The notes under the pieces: generated by a model
Told to the model about the DNA's origin: nothing
The model's input: the letters and a program-made list of their open reading frames with translations, nothing else
Databases searched by the model: none
Part shown: positions 42,240 through 52,848 of the stretch, one piece after another
Layout of the letters: each line of letters opens with the position of its first letter
How positions within the stretch are numbered: position 1 is the stretch's first letter
Assembly: GCA_964410905.1 (NCBI GenBank)
Contig: CAYPIR010000001.1
Location: 21,861 to 85,860, forward strand
Direction: 5' to 3'
Length of the DNA: 64,000 nucleotides
Origin: an uncultured bacterium
GTDB taxonomy: Bacteria > Omnitrophota > Omnitrophia > Omnitrophales > Aquincolibacteriaceae
Program-made: the position numbers and the translations under genes

Positions 42240-42497
42240 CTATTTCTTACCTTCTGGAGCCGCTCCGGCAGTCCCTTCTTCTTTGGGTTTCTTATACCTA
42301 ATTACATTTTTGGCCAATAAACCTTTTTCGCCTTGTTCGACATCGAACTCGACCTCTTCATCAGGATTTAAGCGTTTATAGCCTTCACCTTGAATCGCGG
42401 AATAATGAACAAAAATATCCTTATCCTCGCCTTCTTTGGTCAAAAAGCCGAAACCCTTTACATTAGAGAACCACTTAACTTTACCTTTTTCTGCCAT
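42240..42497 (-). CDS. cold-shock protein with Lys/Glu-rich C-terminal tail
   Basis: [19 protein letters not shown] motifs. An 18-aa tail [16 protein letters not shown] follows. Confidence 0.9.
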   Translation of the reverse strand: MAEKGKVKWFSNVKGFGFLTKEGEDKDIFVHYSAIQGEGYKRLNPDEEVEFDVEQGEKGLLAKNVIRYKKPKEEGTAGAAPEGKK

Positions 42498-42569
42498 ACC
42501 GCCTCCTTAAAACTTCATTTATTTCTTTTTTGCATCGCAGACTATCCGGACGCAATGTAACAAACCCGC

Positions 42570-42842
42570 TCATTTCACTTTTATTTTTAAAACAAGTCCG
42601 GGTTTAAAAATTACAACTTTTTTCTCTGGAACGGCCACTTCCTCGCCAGTACGAGGGTTTCTGCCAAGACGGCCTCGGCGGCTTTTCACTTTAAAAACAC
42701 CAAAGTTACGAAGCTCAACCGTTTCGCCGCGCTGAAGACTTTCGGAAATAACATCAAGCGTTTTTTGAACAATCTTCTTAACATCAATTTGTGTTAAATT
42801 AGTTTCATTAGAAACTTTATTAACAATATCTTTTTTAGTCAA
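42570..42842 (-). CDS. hup: HU family DNA-binding protein
   Basis: 90 aa containing …RNFGVFKVKSRRGRLGRNPRTGEEV…. Confidence 0.95.
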   Translation of the reverse strand: MTKKDIVNKVSNETNLTQIDVKKIVQKTLDVISESLQRGETVELRNFGVFKVKSRRGRLGRNPRTGEEVAVPEKKVVIFKPGLVLKIKVK

Positions 42843-43039
42843 AACTTTATCTCCCTGAAATATGATTTACGAATAAAACCCATAAAAACTTGCGGATTAT
42901 AACGCGGTATTATTATTTGTCAAGAGGGAAACATCCGTAACTTGCGTATTCATAACAAGTTAGGAATAACGGCCGAAAGATTGCGAGGCATTGCTGTCCT
43001 TGCGTATTGAACGCAAATGCGGGAAAAATTCCTTCTGTA

Positions 43040-43080
43040 GTCATTCTGTCCCAGTGCCCAATGTACTGGAACAGAATGAC
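43040..43080. other. long imperfect inverted repeat (16-bp arms, 15/16 paired, 9-nt loop) in the dnaE-hup intergenic region
   Basis: GTCATTCTGTCCCAGT gcccaatgt ACTGGAACAGAATGAC. The same 330-bp spacer also carries further small hairpins and a 10-nt direct repeat CTTGCGTATT at 42941 and 42999. Confidence 0.5.
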
Positions 43081-43148
43081 TTTGGAACTAAACCTGTCCA
43101 CGAATTAGTAGGCAAGCACAAGTATGACGAGATTGTAAAAGCCGATAA

Positions 43149-43173
43149 ATCCCGCGTTTGCAGGCGGCGGGAT
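43149..43173 (-). terminator. candidate terminator hairpin immediately downstream of dnaE
   Basis: ATCCCG...CGGGAT stem followed by a U-rich stretch on the minus strand. Weak. Confidence 0.3.
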
Positions 43174-43175
43174 AA

Positions 43176-46100
43176 TTACGTGCGGATTTTTATGGAATCC
43201 TCACCCGCAATTTTTTCGATTTCTTCAAAAAGTTCTTGCGACGGCGTAACACGCAGCTCTGGCCCCAGTGCCACAACTGTTCCTTCTCCTGACGGAGATT
43301 GAAATTTAATGTTAACGGAAACATTTCCTTTATATTTTTCTAAAACCGTTTTAATTTCTTTCAAGCTTTCTTCAGTAAGTCCCGCGGTAGAAAGTTTGAT
43401 TAAAACACCGACTGTGAATTTTTTCGCTATGTCTTCCAAAGAAACAATTTCGTCCGCTAGAACTTTAACGGCATCTTCTTTCGCGTCCGCTTTCCCTTTT
43501 ACAAAAATCATTTTGTCTTTATTAAGCAATATTAACGATTTTTTATAAACCGACGGAAAAACCACAACTTCGCATGTCCCGCTCAAATCCTGCAAATTCA
43601 AAAAAGCCATTTTGTCGCCTTTTTTTGTCAGAATTTCACGCGACGAATCTACAATCCCTCCTATAAAAATTTCTGCGTCCTGTCCAAACTCTGATAAATT
43701 TGCGGTTGTCGCGTTCGCGTAGTTTTTAAGAATTTTTTCGTGACGGGAAAGCGGATGCGATGAAACATAAAATCCGAGCAGCTCGCGCTCAAAGGCTAAT
43801 TTTTGATTTTCTTGCCATTCAGGAATATCCGGCGCTTTGTTTTCATCTTGTTGAAACGCGGCGTCTCCATTATCAAAAAACGACGCTTGCCCTAAGTTTC
43901 TGTCCTTTTGCAAATTAGAACCTATCTGAAGAGCTGTGTCGAGCATCGCGAAAAGCTGCGAGCGAAAAAATCCCCAGTTGTCAAATGAACCGCTTTTAAC
44001 TAAACTTTCAAGTACGCGGTGATTACAAGTTCTAAGGTCAATTCTCTGAACAAAATCAAGCAACGACTTAAACAGTCCATCTTTTTTGCGCGCCGCGACA
44101 ATTGAGTCTATCGCCGTTTGTCCTACGTTTTTAATGGCGGCAAGTCCAAACCTAATAGCATTGTCCGAACAAGTGAAGTCAGCATAACTTTCGTTAATGT
44201 CAGGTGGAAGGACTTTAATCCCCATCCGTTTTGCGGCTTCAATATACTGAACGACTTTGTCCGTGTTATTCCGTTCAGATGTGAGAAGCGCGGTCATAAA
44301 CTCTACGGGGTAATGAGCCTTTAAATATGCGGTTTGATATGTAACCACCGCGTACGCTGTAGAATGCGATTTGTTAAATCCGTAACCGGCAAACTTCACA
44401 ATATCCGTCCAAATTTTTTCCGCTGTTTTCTTAGGAACTTTATTTTGGACAGCTCCGTTAACAAACGCGTCTTGTTCTTTTTCCATTACCTCAACAATTT
44501 TCTTTCCCATAGCACGCCTAAGCGAATCGGCTTTGGCTAGCGTAAAACCGGATAAGTCGCGCGCTATTCTCATCACCTGCTCTTGATAGAGAATTACGCC
44601 GTAAGTTTCTTTTAAACTTAATTCAAGCAGCGGATGGTCATACTTAATTTGTCCGGGATTGCGCATTCTTATGACAAAATCATCTACCATTCCCGTCTCA
44701 CGCGGTCCGGGACGATAAAGCGCCAAAAGCGCGACCAGATGCTCAAATTGATTCGGACGCATTTTTTTAAGCAAATCGCGCATCCCCGAACTTTCTAGCT
44801 GGAACACGCCGAACGAATCTCCGCGCGAAAGCATTTCATAAGTTTTCGTGTCGCCCTCAGGGAGATTTAAAATATCAATCTTTTTCCCATACCGAGCATC
44901 GATCATTTTTACAGTATCATCTATCACCGTTAAAGTCTTAAGTCCCAAAAAATCCATTTTGAGCAGCCCGATTTTTTCTAGGTCTTTCATCGTATACTGC
45001 GTGCAAAATTGGTTGTCCGGTGTTTTGTAAAGCGGCGCGCGGTCAGTAATCGGAACGTCTGAAATAACAACTCCCGCCGCGTGGACAGACGCGTGGCGGG
45101 AAAGACCTTCTATCGCTTGCGAGGTTTTTAAAAGTTGATTGATTCGGACATCTTCGTTTACTAATTTTTGCAGCTCGGGCTCTTGCACCAGCGCTCTTTC
45201 TAGTGTTATTTTTAGTTCAGTCGGAATAAGTTTCGCTATACGGTCAACCTCGCTGAACTCAAGCCCCATCACGCGTCCGACATCGCGTATGGCAGCCCTT
45301 GCCGCCATTGTTCCGAATGTGATAATTTGAGCTACATTATCCACGCCATATTTTTTCTTAACGTATTCGATGACTTCCTCTCGTCTGACATAGCAAAAAT
45401 CAATATCAATATCAGGCATGCTTACGCGTTCGGGATTAAGAAACCGCTCAAAGTAGAGGTGATAACGGATTGGATCAATTTCCGTGATATGAAGCGAATA
45501 TGCCACGAGGCTTCCGGCAGCCGAACCGCGTCCTGGTCCAACGGGAATGTTTTTTTCTTTGGCGAATCGAATAAAATCCCACACGATCAAAAAGTAACTT
45601 ATGAATCCCATATTGGTGATTAGGTCCAGTTCCAAGCGCAGTCTTTTATCGTATTCTTCCGGGATGTTTCCGCCGAAACGCTCGCGGAGAAGTTTGTAGC
45701 AAAGATCGTCAAAATAATCTTTAAGAGTCTTTCCGTCTGGCGCGGGAAACTTGGGCAGATGATTTTTGTTAAACTCCAAGAGCAGATTACATTTGTTTGC
45801 TATTTCGACTGTGTTTTGAATCGCCTTGGGATATTGCGAAAAAAGTGCCTTCATTTCATCTGCGGATTTCAAATAATACTGGCTTCCTTGATACCGCAAA
45901 CGATTTGTTTCTTCAAGTTTCGCTCCTGCCCCGATACAAATAAGCGCATCATGAGCAGTTGCCTCAGTTTGATAAATATAATGCGTGTCATTGGTGGCAA
46001 CCAATTCGAGTCCAAGTTCTTCACCAAGTTTTACCGAACCTTCTGTAACTTTTTTTTGCGGGTCAAGGCCATGATCCATAATTTCTAAATAGAACCTTTC

Positions 46101-46613
46101 TTTGCCAAAAATTTCTATATATTCCTGAGCGACCTTGCGGGCTTCTTGGTATCTATCGTGATAAAGATGATATGGGATCTCTCCTTTCAAGCCTCCGGAG
46201 AGCGCAATTATTCCCTGCGAGTATTGCTTAAGGCAATCTTTGTCAACGCGAGGACGATAATAAAACCCTTCGGTAAATCCAATGCTTGTGAGTTTTATAA
46301 GGTTGTGATAACCCTCTTCATTCATCGTAAGAAGCGTGAGATGAAATGAGGCTTCTTTTATGCCGTGGGCCTGTTTTTCAAACCGTGAGCCGGGGGACAC
46401 ATACGCGCTAATGCCGATAATAGGCTTTACGCCTTCTTTCATAGCCGCGTTATAAAACTGTATCGCGCCGAAAAGATTTCCGTTGTCAGTCATCGCGAGC
46501 GCCGGGAAACGAAGTTCCTTGGCGCGCTTGACAAGATTTGAAATCTTACAAGTCGCGTCAAGCAAACTATATTCCGTATGACAATGTAGCGGGACAAAAT
46601 TGCTATGCGGCAT
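43176..46613 (-). CDS. dnaE: DNA polymerase III subunit alpha
   Basis: 1145 aa with a PHP domain, a polymerase core and an OB fold. Confidence 0.95.
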   Translation of the reverse strand: MPHSNFVPLHCHTEYSLLDATCKISNLVKRAKELRFPALAMTDNGNLFGAIQFYNAAMKEGVKPIIGISAYVSPGSRFEKQAHGIKEASFHLTLLTMNEEGYHNLIKLTSIGFTEGFYYRPRVDKDCLKQYSQGIIALSGGLKGEIPYHLYHDRYQEARKVAQEYIEIFGKERFYLEIMDHGLDPQKKVTEGSVKLGEELGLELVATNDTHYIYQTEATAHDALICIGAGAKLEETNRLRYQGSQYYLKSADEMKALFSQYPKAIQNTVEIANKCNLLLEFNKNHLPKFPAPDGKTLKDYFDDLCYKLLRERFGGNIPEEYDKRLRLELDLITNMGFISYFLIVWDFIRFAKEKNIPVGPGRGSAAGSLVAYSLHITEIDPIRYHLYFERFLNPERVSMPDIDIDFCYVRREEVIEYVKKKYGVDNVAQIITFGTMAARAAIRDVGRVMGLEFSEVDRIAKLIPTELKITLERALVQEPELQKLVNEDVRINQLLKTSQAIEGLSRHASVHAAGVVISDVPITDRAPLYKTPDNQFCTQYTMKDLEKIGLLKMDFLGLKTLTVIDDTVKMIDARYGKKIDILNLPEGDTKTYEMLSRGDSFGVFQLESSGMRDLLKKMRPNQFEHLVALLALYRPGPRETGMVDDFVIRMRNPGQIKYDHPLLELSLKETYGVILYQEQVMRIARDLSGFTLAKADSLRRAMGKKIVEVMEKEQDAFVNGAVQNKVPKKTAEKIWTDIVKFAGYGFNKSHSTAYAVVTYQTAYLKAHYPVEFMTALLTSERNNTDKVVQYIEAAKRMGIKVLPPDINESYADFTCSDNAIRFGLAAIKNVGQTAIDSIVAARKKDGLFKSLLDFVQRIDLRTCNHRVLESLVKSGSFDNWGFFRSQLFAMLDTALQIGSNLQKDRNLGQASFFDNGDAAFQQDENKAPDIPEWQENQKLAFERELLGFYVSSHPLSRHEKILKNYANATTANLSEFGQDAEIFIGGIVDSSREILTKKGDKMAFLNLQDLSGTCEVVVFPSVYKKSLILLNKDKMIFVKGKADAKEDAVKVLADEIVSLEDIAKKFTVGVLIKLSTAGLTEESLKEIKTVLEKYKGNVSVNIKFQSPSGEGTVVALGPELRVTPSQELFEEIEKIAGEDSIKIRT

Positions 46614-46698
46614 TTAGATATTTGGACCTTTGGTTATAAGCAGATTGTCAAATTGAAAAAATTTTTATCGTATTTTTTACTTTTCATGCTTTTGCAGA

Positions 46699-47436
46699 CT
46701 ACTTCCTAAACACAAATAGATATTCGTGCGCCAGCAGCAAGAAATTGTGTTTAATGCTGTTGGTCTTCCAAAATCCTGTTGCTTTGCAATTATGCTGTTC
46801 TTTGATAATAATCTCCTTTGTGATAAACCCTGCTTTTTCAAATATCTTCATCACCCCAAAACTCATTGGAACAACACAACCCTTTTTTCTAGTGTCGCCC
46901 ATGAGTATGGCGCAGAATTTACCTTTCTTCAAAACACGATAGCATTCAGACGCGACAGATTTCATGGCTTCTAAAAAATCCTTGACGTCCAAAAGCGAAA
47001 GATCACCGTCAATATTCTCGCTGTAATGAATGATGTCGGCATAAGGCGGATGCGTGCAGATCAAGTCTATGCTCTCGTCTGAAATAAAACTAAGGTTTTC
47101 TGCTGTCCCCTTATGCAGAGTAACTTTCCCAGCATTAGGATATTCAAAATCGAGCTTTGCTCGACAGCGATTCAATGCATCCGGGTTTACGTCCACTCCA
47201 ATAATATTGCGATTCAGCAGTTTTGCTTCTACCAGCGTCGTTCCACCTCCGGCAAATTGATCAAGCACCAAATCGCCTTCTCTGGAATAACGCAGCAGGA
47301 TATTGCGCGGAATATACGGCGACCAATTTCCACGCCATTTGGCATCATGTGTCGCCCAATTACCGCGTTCAGGGAAACTCCAAACGGTGTTTGTTTCCAA
47401 CTCAAAATTCTCCGGCGCCCATTTCTTAATTGTCAT
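46699..47436 (-). CDS. DNA methyltransferase (second methylase of the GATC R-M cassette, M.MboIC/DpnA-like)
   Basis: Motif I LDQFAGGGTT and catalytic THPPY. Confidence 0.75.
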   Translation of the reverse strand: MTIKKWAPENFELETNTVWSFPERGNWATHDAKWRGNWSPYIPRNILLRYSREGDLVLDQFAGGGTTLVEAKLLNRNIIGVDVNPDALNRCRAKLDFEYPNAGKVTLHKGTAENLSFISDESIDLICTHPPYADIIHYSENIDGDLSLLDVKDFLEAMKSVASECYRVLKKGKFCAILMGDTRKKGCVVPMSFGVMKIFEKAGFITKEIIIKEQHNCKATGFWKTNSIKHNFLLLAHEYLFVFRK

Positions 47437-48290
47437 TGAAATACTCTACCCATCACACCGTCCTCTAAATCTGAAATGCTGTATATATGCTCCATAACGT
47501 CAAAAGTTTCCTCGAGATTGTTGCGTGCGGAAATCCATCCCTTGCCGTCGGTGAGCCACACAAAAACAAATCCATTTATACTCTTCGCCTCTTGTGCAAT
47601 ATTCTTATAGCTCCGCGCTGTTTCATTCAGTTTAGAGCCGCCACCTGCGTAGAAATTCGTTTCAATCGCATAAATGATTTGCCCCACCTTGACGACAAAA
47701 TCGAAACGCTTCGTCACCTTACCATCATTACTGAGTGCCGACAGGTCAAGCCCCCATTTGCTCTCAATATCAGCGATTCTCATTTCTTTGAAATATGTTA
47801 CATCGCGTTGGAGACCTGCCTTGCAAAGATAGTTCTCGACAAGATTTTCCATAAGATGACCGCCGCGATTCTTTCGCCCGTTGCTGTTAAGTCCCGTCTC
47901 TACGCCCGTAACATAATCAACAAGGTTATGAACGATATGCTTTTCCATCAGATCGAACAGCCCCGTTTTCCTCATAAACACCCTATACTGAGCAGCCGTC
48001 TGATTGGGATTTGTGAATTTGTAGGAGAATTCTCCGTCTTCATCTATGGCGTATATTTCGCTTGTTCTAACTGCAAGCAAGAGAGGAATGCATTTCAGGG
48101 TATCAGGATATTTCGTAACCAACGCATCAAATTCTGATTCGATGTCCACTGACCCAATCAGTGAGTTCAAAATATTCAGTTCAACTTTTATCTCATTCAC
48201 ATTGCGGTGAACCTTTTCAAAATCAATGTAATATGCGTAGTCGCTAATACTCTCGCGGAAGTGCGAAAACCATTCAGTGAAATTCCTCAC
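47433..48290 (-). CDS. type II restriction endonuclease, DpnII/MboI family (GATC)
   Basis: 285 aa. The segments DYVTGVETGLNSNGRKNRGG and NFYAGGGSKLNETARSYK match my recollection of DpnII-family endonucleases. Flanked by two methyltransferases. Confidence 0.65.
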   Translation of the reverse strand: MRNFTEWFSHFRESISDYAYYIDFEKVHRNVNEIKVELNILNSLIGSVDIESEFDALVTKYPDTLKCIPLLLAVRTSEIYAIDEDGEFSYKFTNPNQTAAQYRVFMRKTGLFDLMEKHIVHNLVDYVTGVETGLNSNGRKNRGGHLMENLVENYLCKAGLQRDVTYFKEMRIADIESKWGLDLSALSNDGKVTKRFDFVVKVGQIIYAIETNFYAGGGSKLNETARSYKNIAQEAKSINGFVFVWLTDGKGWISARNNLEETFDVMEHIYSISDLEDGVMGRVFQ

Positions 48291-49369
48291 ACACTAGCTC
48301 CTCCATAGTTTGAAATGAGTAATTCGCTTACATGCCCACGCTTCTCGCCAACCGAATTGATAGCACGGCTTGCTGAGATTCTGGCTATAGATAGCGATTT
48401 GTATAGTTCATCAAAAAAGTTGTCGCTTTCGTTAGTGTTCTTAGGATCGGAATTGCTTGCGACAACATATGCGCCCTTACGGCTAAGTTCCTTGATAAAT
48501 CGAGCAAGTTCTTTTTGCTTTTTATCGTCAAATCCACCTTGTGCATATGCTGTAAAACTCGCCGTCTCAGAGAGCGGACGATACGGAGGATCAAAATAAA
48601 CGAAGGTATTCTTATCTATAAATTCTCTCGATTCCTTATAGTCGCCGCAGACAATATCAACATTCTGCAACCGCTCAGAAACCGCGGATAAATTACCCTC
48701 ATCGCAAATAGTCGGTTTTTTATAACTCCCCATTGGGACATTGAATCCACCCTTGCTATTCACACGATACAAACCATTGAAGCAAGTTCTGTTAAGGAAA
48801 ATGAATAACGCTGCAAGTTCTACGGAATCACTTTCCTTGACTTTAAGCGCATTAAAACGGTTTCTGTTCTCATAATAAATGGCACTCCGTTTACTATCAC
48901 TGGCAGCCAAGTATTGAGTTTCAAAAGTTCCAAGAAGTTTGAGTAAATTATCAATGCGATCACGAATAATGATATAGGTGTGAATAAGCTCTCTATTGAT
49001 GTCGCTAATATAAACTTTAGCTAATTTATATTTGCTCAACACATCAAAAAGCACCGCGCCGCCGCCGACAAATGGCTCCGCATATTTTGTAATTGTTTCC
49101 CCTAATCCGACAGGATATTTTTCACGAATTTCACTGAGAATCTGCGATTTCCCTCCTGCCCATTTTAGAAAAGGTTTTACCGTCGAGTCTTCAAGCGGCT
49201 GAAAACGCAATCTTCTTGCGTCCTCTGGCTTCGACGCAGATTTTGGAATTACCCACATATTACCAAGTATTTCGGCACCACCAATTCTGTTCTCTGAACA
49301 CAAAACAGCGACTCGTCTTTGTGAGATACCCCACTGTTCTGATGCCTCTTTGGCAGTCATAAAATCCAT
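48287..49369 (-). CDS. Dam-family N6-adenine DNA methyltransferase with N-terminal HTH extension
   Basis: PFLKWAGGK, EPFVGGGAV and FDPPY motifs. The first ~60 aa look like an excisionase/MerR-like helix-turn-helix. Confidence 0.8.
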   Translation of the reverse strand: MDFMTAKEASEQWGISQRRVAVLCSENRIGGAEILGNMWVIPKSASKPEDARRLRFQPLEDSTVKPFLKWAGGKSQILSEIREKYPVGLGETITKYAEPFVGGGAVLFDVLSKYKLAKVYISDINRELIHTYIIIRDRIDNLLKLLGTFETQYLAASDSKRSAIYYENRNRFNALKVKESDSVELAALFIFLNRTCFNGLYRVNSKGGFNVPMGSYKKPTICDEGNLSAVSERLQNVDIVCGDYKESREFIDKNTFVYFDPPYRPLSETASFTAYAQGGFDDKKQKELARFIKELSRKGAYVVASNSDPKNTNESDNFFDELYKSLSIARISASRAINSVGEKRGHVSELLISNYGGASV

Positions 49370-49425
49370 TCGTACCCCTCCTCAGAATCTTGTATTATTA
49401 TATTCGCGTTTAAGAATGATATCAA

Positions 49426-50961
49426 TTACTCCCACTCAATTGTCGCGGGCGGCTTGGAGGTAATATCGTATACAACGCGATTGATATGCTTAACTTCATT
49501 TACTATACGGATGCTTACGCTGTCTAGGACTTCATATGGAATCCGAGCCCAATCCGCTGTCATAAAGTCTGTTGTCGTCACTCCGCGAAGAGCCACTGTG
49601 TAATCATATGTTCTAAAATCTCCCATCACGCCGACAGAGCGGACATCGGTTACAACCGCGAAATACTGGTTGATAGAACGTTCAAGCCCCGCTATTTTTA
49701 TTTCCTCGCGAAAAATCGCATCCGCTTCGCGCAAAATCTCAAGTTTCGCCTCAGTTACTTCTCCGATTACGCGAACGCCAAGTCCGGGACCGGGAAAAGG
49801 CTGCCGCCACACCAAGTTTTCAGGAAGTCCTAGTTCAATGCCCATCCTTCTAACTTCGTCCTTAAAAAGAAGTCTAATCGGCTCTATCAACTCCTCAAAA
49901 TCAACAACTGAAGGAAGTCCGCCGACATTATGATGCGATTTAATCACAGCGGAATCGCCAAGCCCGCTTTCAATGACATCGGGATAAATCGTCCCTTGAA
50001 CCAAAAAGTCTACTTTGCCGATTTTCTTCGCTTCGTCTTCAAACACTCGTATAAACTCTTCGCCAATCGCTTTGCGCTTTGCTTCGGGTTCGATAATGCC
50101 TTTTAATTTTTTTAAGAATCGCTCCTTGGCATTCGCGCGGACAAAATGCGAGTCAAAAAACCCGTCAAAAACTTTCTCGACTTCATCGCCTTCATTTTTG
50201 CGCATAAGTCCATGGTCAACAAAAACGCATGTAAGCTGCTTGCCTATTGCTTTTGACACAAGCGCGGCAACAACGCTGGAGTCAACGCCACCGGACAACG
50301 CGCAAAGAGCCTTGCCTTCTCCGACTTGCTTACGGATTTTTTTTATCTGCTCATCAATATAACTCGCCATTGTCCAATCGCCCGAACATCCGCAAATTTC
50401 ATACAAAAAATTGTGAAGCATATTTTTTCCGTTGGGAGTGTGATTTACTTCGGGATGAAATTGAACGCCATAGAATTTTTTCTTAGCATCCTCAATAGCC
50501 GCGGCAGGACAAGTTTCTGTTTTCCCCGTTACGCGAAATCCCGCGGGAAGTTCCTTTACAAAATCCGTATGACTCATCCAACAAGTTTCCGTTTTGCTCA
50601 CGCCTTTAAAAAGCGCGCTGTCGGTTTCAAGCATTGCGGTCGATTTGCCATATTCGCTTTTTGTATGCGCGTTACCAACTTTCCCGCCGAGACTATAAGC
50701 CAGCAATTGACAGCCGTAACAAATTCCTAAAATAGGCACGCCCAAATTTAAAATACGTTTGTCGCAACGTGGAGATTTTTCATCACAAACACTGTTGGGA
50801 CCACCTGTTAAAATAATGCCTTTGGGATTTTTCGCAGCAATTTCTTCGAAAGGTTTATTCCAAGGCAACAGCTCGCAATAAACATTTTGTTCTCTAACTC
50901 TTCGCGCGATAAGCTGACTGTATTGTCCGCCAAAATCTAAAATCACTATGGTTTGATTCAT
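49426..50961 (-). CDS. guaA: GMP synthase (glutamine-hydrolysing)
   Basis: Glutamine amidotransferase (GATase) catalytic Cys (GICYGCQ) and ATP-PPase SGGVDSS motif. Confidence 0.95.
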   Translation of the reverse strand: MNQTIVILDFGGQYSQLIARRVREQNVYCELLPWNKPFEEIAAKNPKGIILTGGPNSVCDEKSPRCDKRILNLGVPILGICYGCQLLAYSLGGKVGNAHTKSEYGKSTAMLETDSALFKGVSKTETCWMSHTDFVKELPAGFRVTGKTETCPAAAIEDAKKKFYGVQFHPEVNHTPNGKNMLHNFLYEICGCSGDWTMASYIDEQIKKIRKQVGEGKALCALSGGVDSSVVAALVSKAIGKQLTCVFVDHGLMRKNEGDEVEKVFDGFFDSHFVRANAKERFLKKLKGIIEPEAKRKAIGEEFIRVFEDEAKKIGKVDFLVQGTIYPDVIESGLGDSAVIKSHHNVGGLPSVVDFEELIEPIRLLFKDEVRRMGIELGLPENLVWRQPFPGPGLGVRVIGEVTEAKLEILREADAIFREEIKIAGLERSINQYFAVVTDVRSVGVMGDFRTYDYTVALRGVTTTDFMTADWARIPYEVLDSVSIRIVNEVKHINRVVYDITSKPPATIEWE

Positions 50962-51015
50962 AATTTCCTCATTAAATATTTTTGAATGTTTCTCTATAGA
51001 TTAAGCCAATAAAGT

Positions 51016-51762
51016 TTGGATTATATCACGCTTTATGTTAAATTATCCGCCGTTATGCTTAAACTTTTGCGAACACATACAAAAACTATTGTTTGGATTG
51101 TTGTCGGTTCATTTCTTCTTTGGGGCGGATATTCCGTTACAACACTTAAAAAAGAAGGCCGTTACGCGGGCGAAGTCTTCGGCAAAGCCGTAACATTCCA
51201 AGACTTCAATGTTTTTTCACGCGCCACACAGCTTTTTATGCCCTCGGAACAGCCTCTTGAAGACGCCGATCTTGTTCGCGCGTACACTTGGCAAAACATT
51301 ATTTTTTCACGCGAGGCAAAACGCGAAGGCGTAAAAATCTCTGACGAAGATGTCCGAAATGAAATTGCCAAAATTTTAACCCAGCAAGGCATAAGCAACC
51401 CTACTCAAGAACAATATCGTATTTGGCTTGCCCGCTCGCTTCAAATTTCTCCAAGCGAATTTGAGGAAGGGCTTCGCGAATTTATGCGCATTCAAAAGTT
51501 AATTCAAAGCAAAATTTCCAGCTTCGCGCTTCAAGATAAAATATCTGCCGCCTCGTCTGAGGAAGAAAAAGCAAAGTTCGCCGTCAAGCAGCGTGAAAGT
51601 TTTATCGCTTGGACAGATGAGGTAAACGCCCGTGCGAAAATTAAAGATTATCTTGCTCTGACGCTTGCGAGGAACAATTCAGTAGAAGTTACAAATGAAG
51701 TTCAAGCAATCGCGGAGCCCATCACTTCGGAAGTGAAAACTGACGAAAAAACAAATCCATAA
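51016..51762 (+). CDS. membrane-anchored SurA-N-terminal-domain chaperone-like protein
   Basis: N-terminal TM helix followed by a domain resembling the SurA/PpiD N-terminal chaperone module. Confidence 0.55.
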   Translation: MDYITLYVKLSAVMLKLLRTHTKTIVWIVVGSFLLWGGYSVTTLKKEGRYAGEVFGKAVTFQDFNVFSRATQLFMPSEQPLEDADLVRAYTWQNIIFSREAKREGVKISDEDVRNEIAKILTQQGISNPTQEQYRIWLARSLQISPSEFEEGLREFMRIQKLIQSKISSFALQDKISAASSEEEKAKFAVKQRESFIAWTDEVNARAKIKDYLALTLARNNSVEVTNEVQAIAEPITSEVKTDEKTNP

Positions 51763-51803
51763 TTCCTTGTCTTAATTCTCTATCACTATAAGGAGATTCT
51801 CAC

Positions 51804-52838
51804 GTGAACACTGTTGACTCTATCGCAAAAATTGTAAATGGAACTGTTGTCGGCGATTCTTCCGCGCAAATAGAAAACGTAACGAACTCCGAGAACCCTC
51901 TCAAAAACCATATAGCGTTCGCGCAAGATGAGAAAACTCTGAAGGCTTTAGAAGCGTCTGAAATAACTTGCGTTATTGTTTCAAAACAAGTTACGCAATC
52001 ATCGAAAATTCTTATTCAAGTTGAGCAACCCAAACACGCGTGGGCAAAGCTTTTGCGCGCGCTATTCCCCGCTAAAAAATTTTCAGGAACAATCTCTGAA
52101 AAATCTGCCATCGCGAAGTCGGCAAAATTAGGAGCGAATGTTACAGTAGAAGCATTTGCGAATATTGGCGAAAATGTTGTCATAGAAGACAATGCGGTGA
52201 TACGTTCCGGATCATTTATAGATGAAAATGTGAAGATTGGAAAAAATTCTGTGATTCATCCAAATGTCGTAATTTATGCCGGCTCAGTTCTGGGTGATAA
52301 TGTAATTATTCACGCGGGAACGGTTATTGGAGCCGATGGGTTTGGTTACGTGGAAACTCAAGGCGAGCGAGAAAAACTCCCGCAAATTGGAAATGTCATA
52401 ATTGAAAATGATGTGGAAATTGGAGCTTGCTGCACAGTCGACCGCGCGGCCATCGGTTCTACCCGCGTTGGCAAAGGTTGTAAAATTGATAACCTTGTTC
52501 AAATCGCGCACAACGTTCAACTGGGTGAACACTGCGCGATTTCCGCGCAAACAGGAATTTCCGGAAGCTGCAAAATCGGATCGCATGTTACGATGGGTGG
52601 TTCGGTCGGCATTGGCGATCATGTTGAAATTGGCGACTGGGCAATGATTGGCGCCGGAGCGGGATTCCCCTCCAATAAAAAAGTCCCAGGCAAACAAATT
52701 TATTTCGGGCAACCGGCAAGACCATATCAAGAAATGCGAAAGCAATTTGGCGCGCAACTTCGTTCGGCTGAAACTTTAGACGATGTCCGAGCTCTTAAGA
52801 AAAAAGTCGCGGAATTAGAGAAAAAACTGCTCGGTTAA
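51804..52838 (+). CDS. lpxD: UDP-3-O-acylglucosamine N-acyltransferase
   Basis: Left-handed beta-helix hexapeptide repeats throughout. GTG start preceded by AAGGAG. Confidence 0.85.
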   Translation: MNTVDSIAKIVNGTVVGDSSAQIENVTNSENPLKNHIAFAQDEKTLKALEASEITCVIVSKQVTQSSKILIQVEQPKHAWAKLLRALFPAKKFSGTISEKSAIAKSAKLGANVTVEAFANIGENVVIEDNAVIRSGSFIDENVKIGKNSVIHPNVVIYAGSVLGDNVIIHAGTVIGADGFGYVETQGEREKLPQIGNVIIENDVEIGACCTVDRAAIGSTRVGKGCKIDNLVQIAHNVQLGEHCAISAQTGISGSCKIGSHVTMGGSVGIGDHVEIGDWAMIGAGAGFPSNKKVPGKQIYFGQPARPYQEMRKQFGAQLRSAETLDDVRALKKKVAELEKKLLG

Positions 52839-52848
52839 TTTCTAGCCT

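Noticed and set aside
42913-43302. ORFs 42913..43101(-) and 42991..43302(+) in the dnaE-hup spacer
   Set aside because: They overlap each other and the hairpin-rich non-coding spacer. The plus-strand one runs antisense into dnaE.
47487-48137. 216-aa plus-strand ORF opposite the DpnII-like endonuclease gene
   Set aside because: Antisense shadow ORF.
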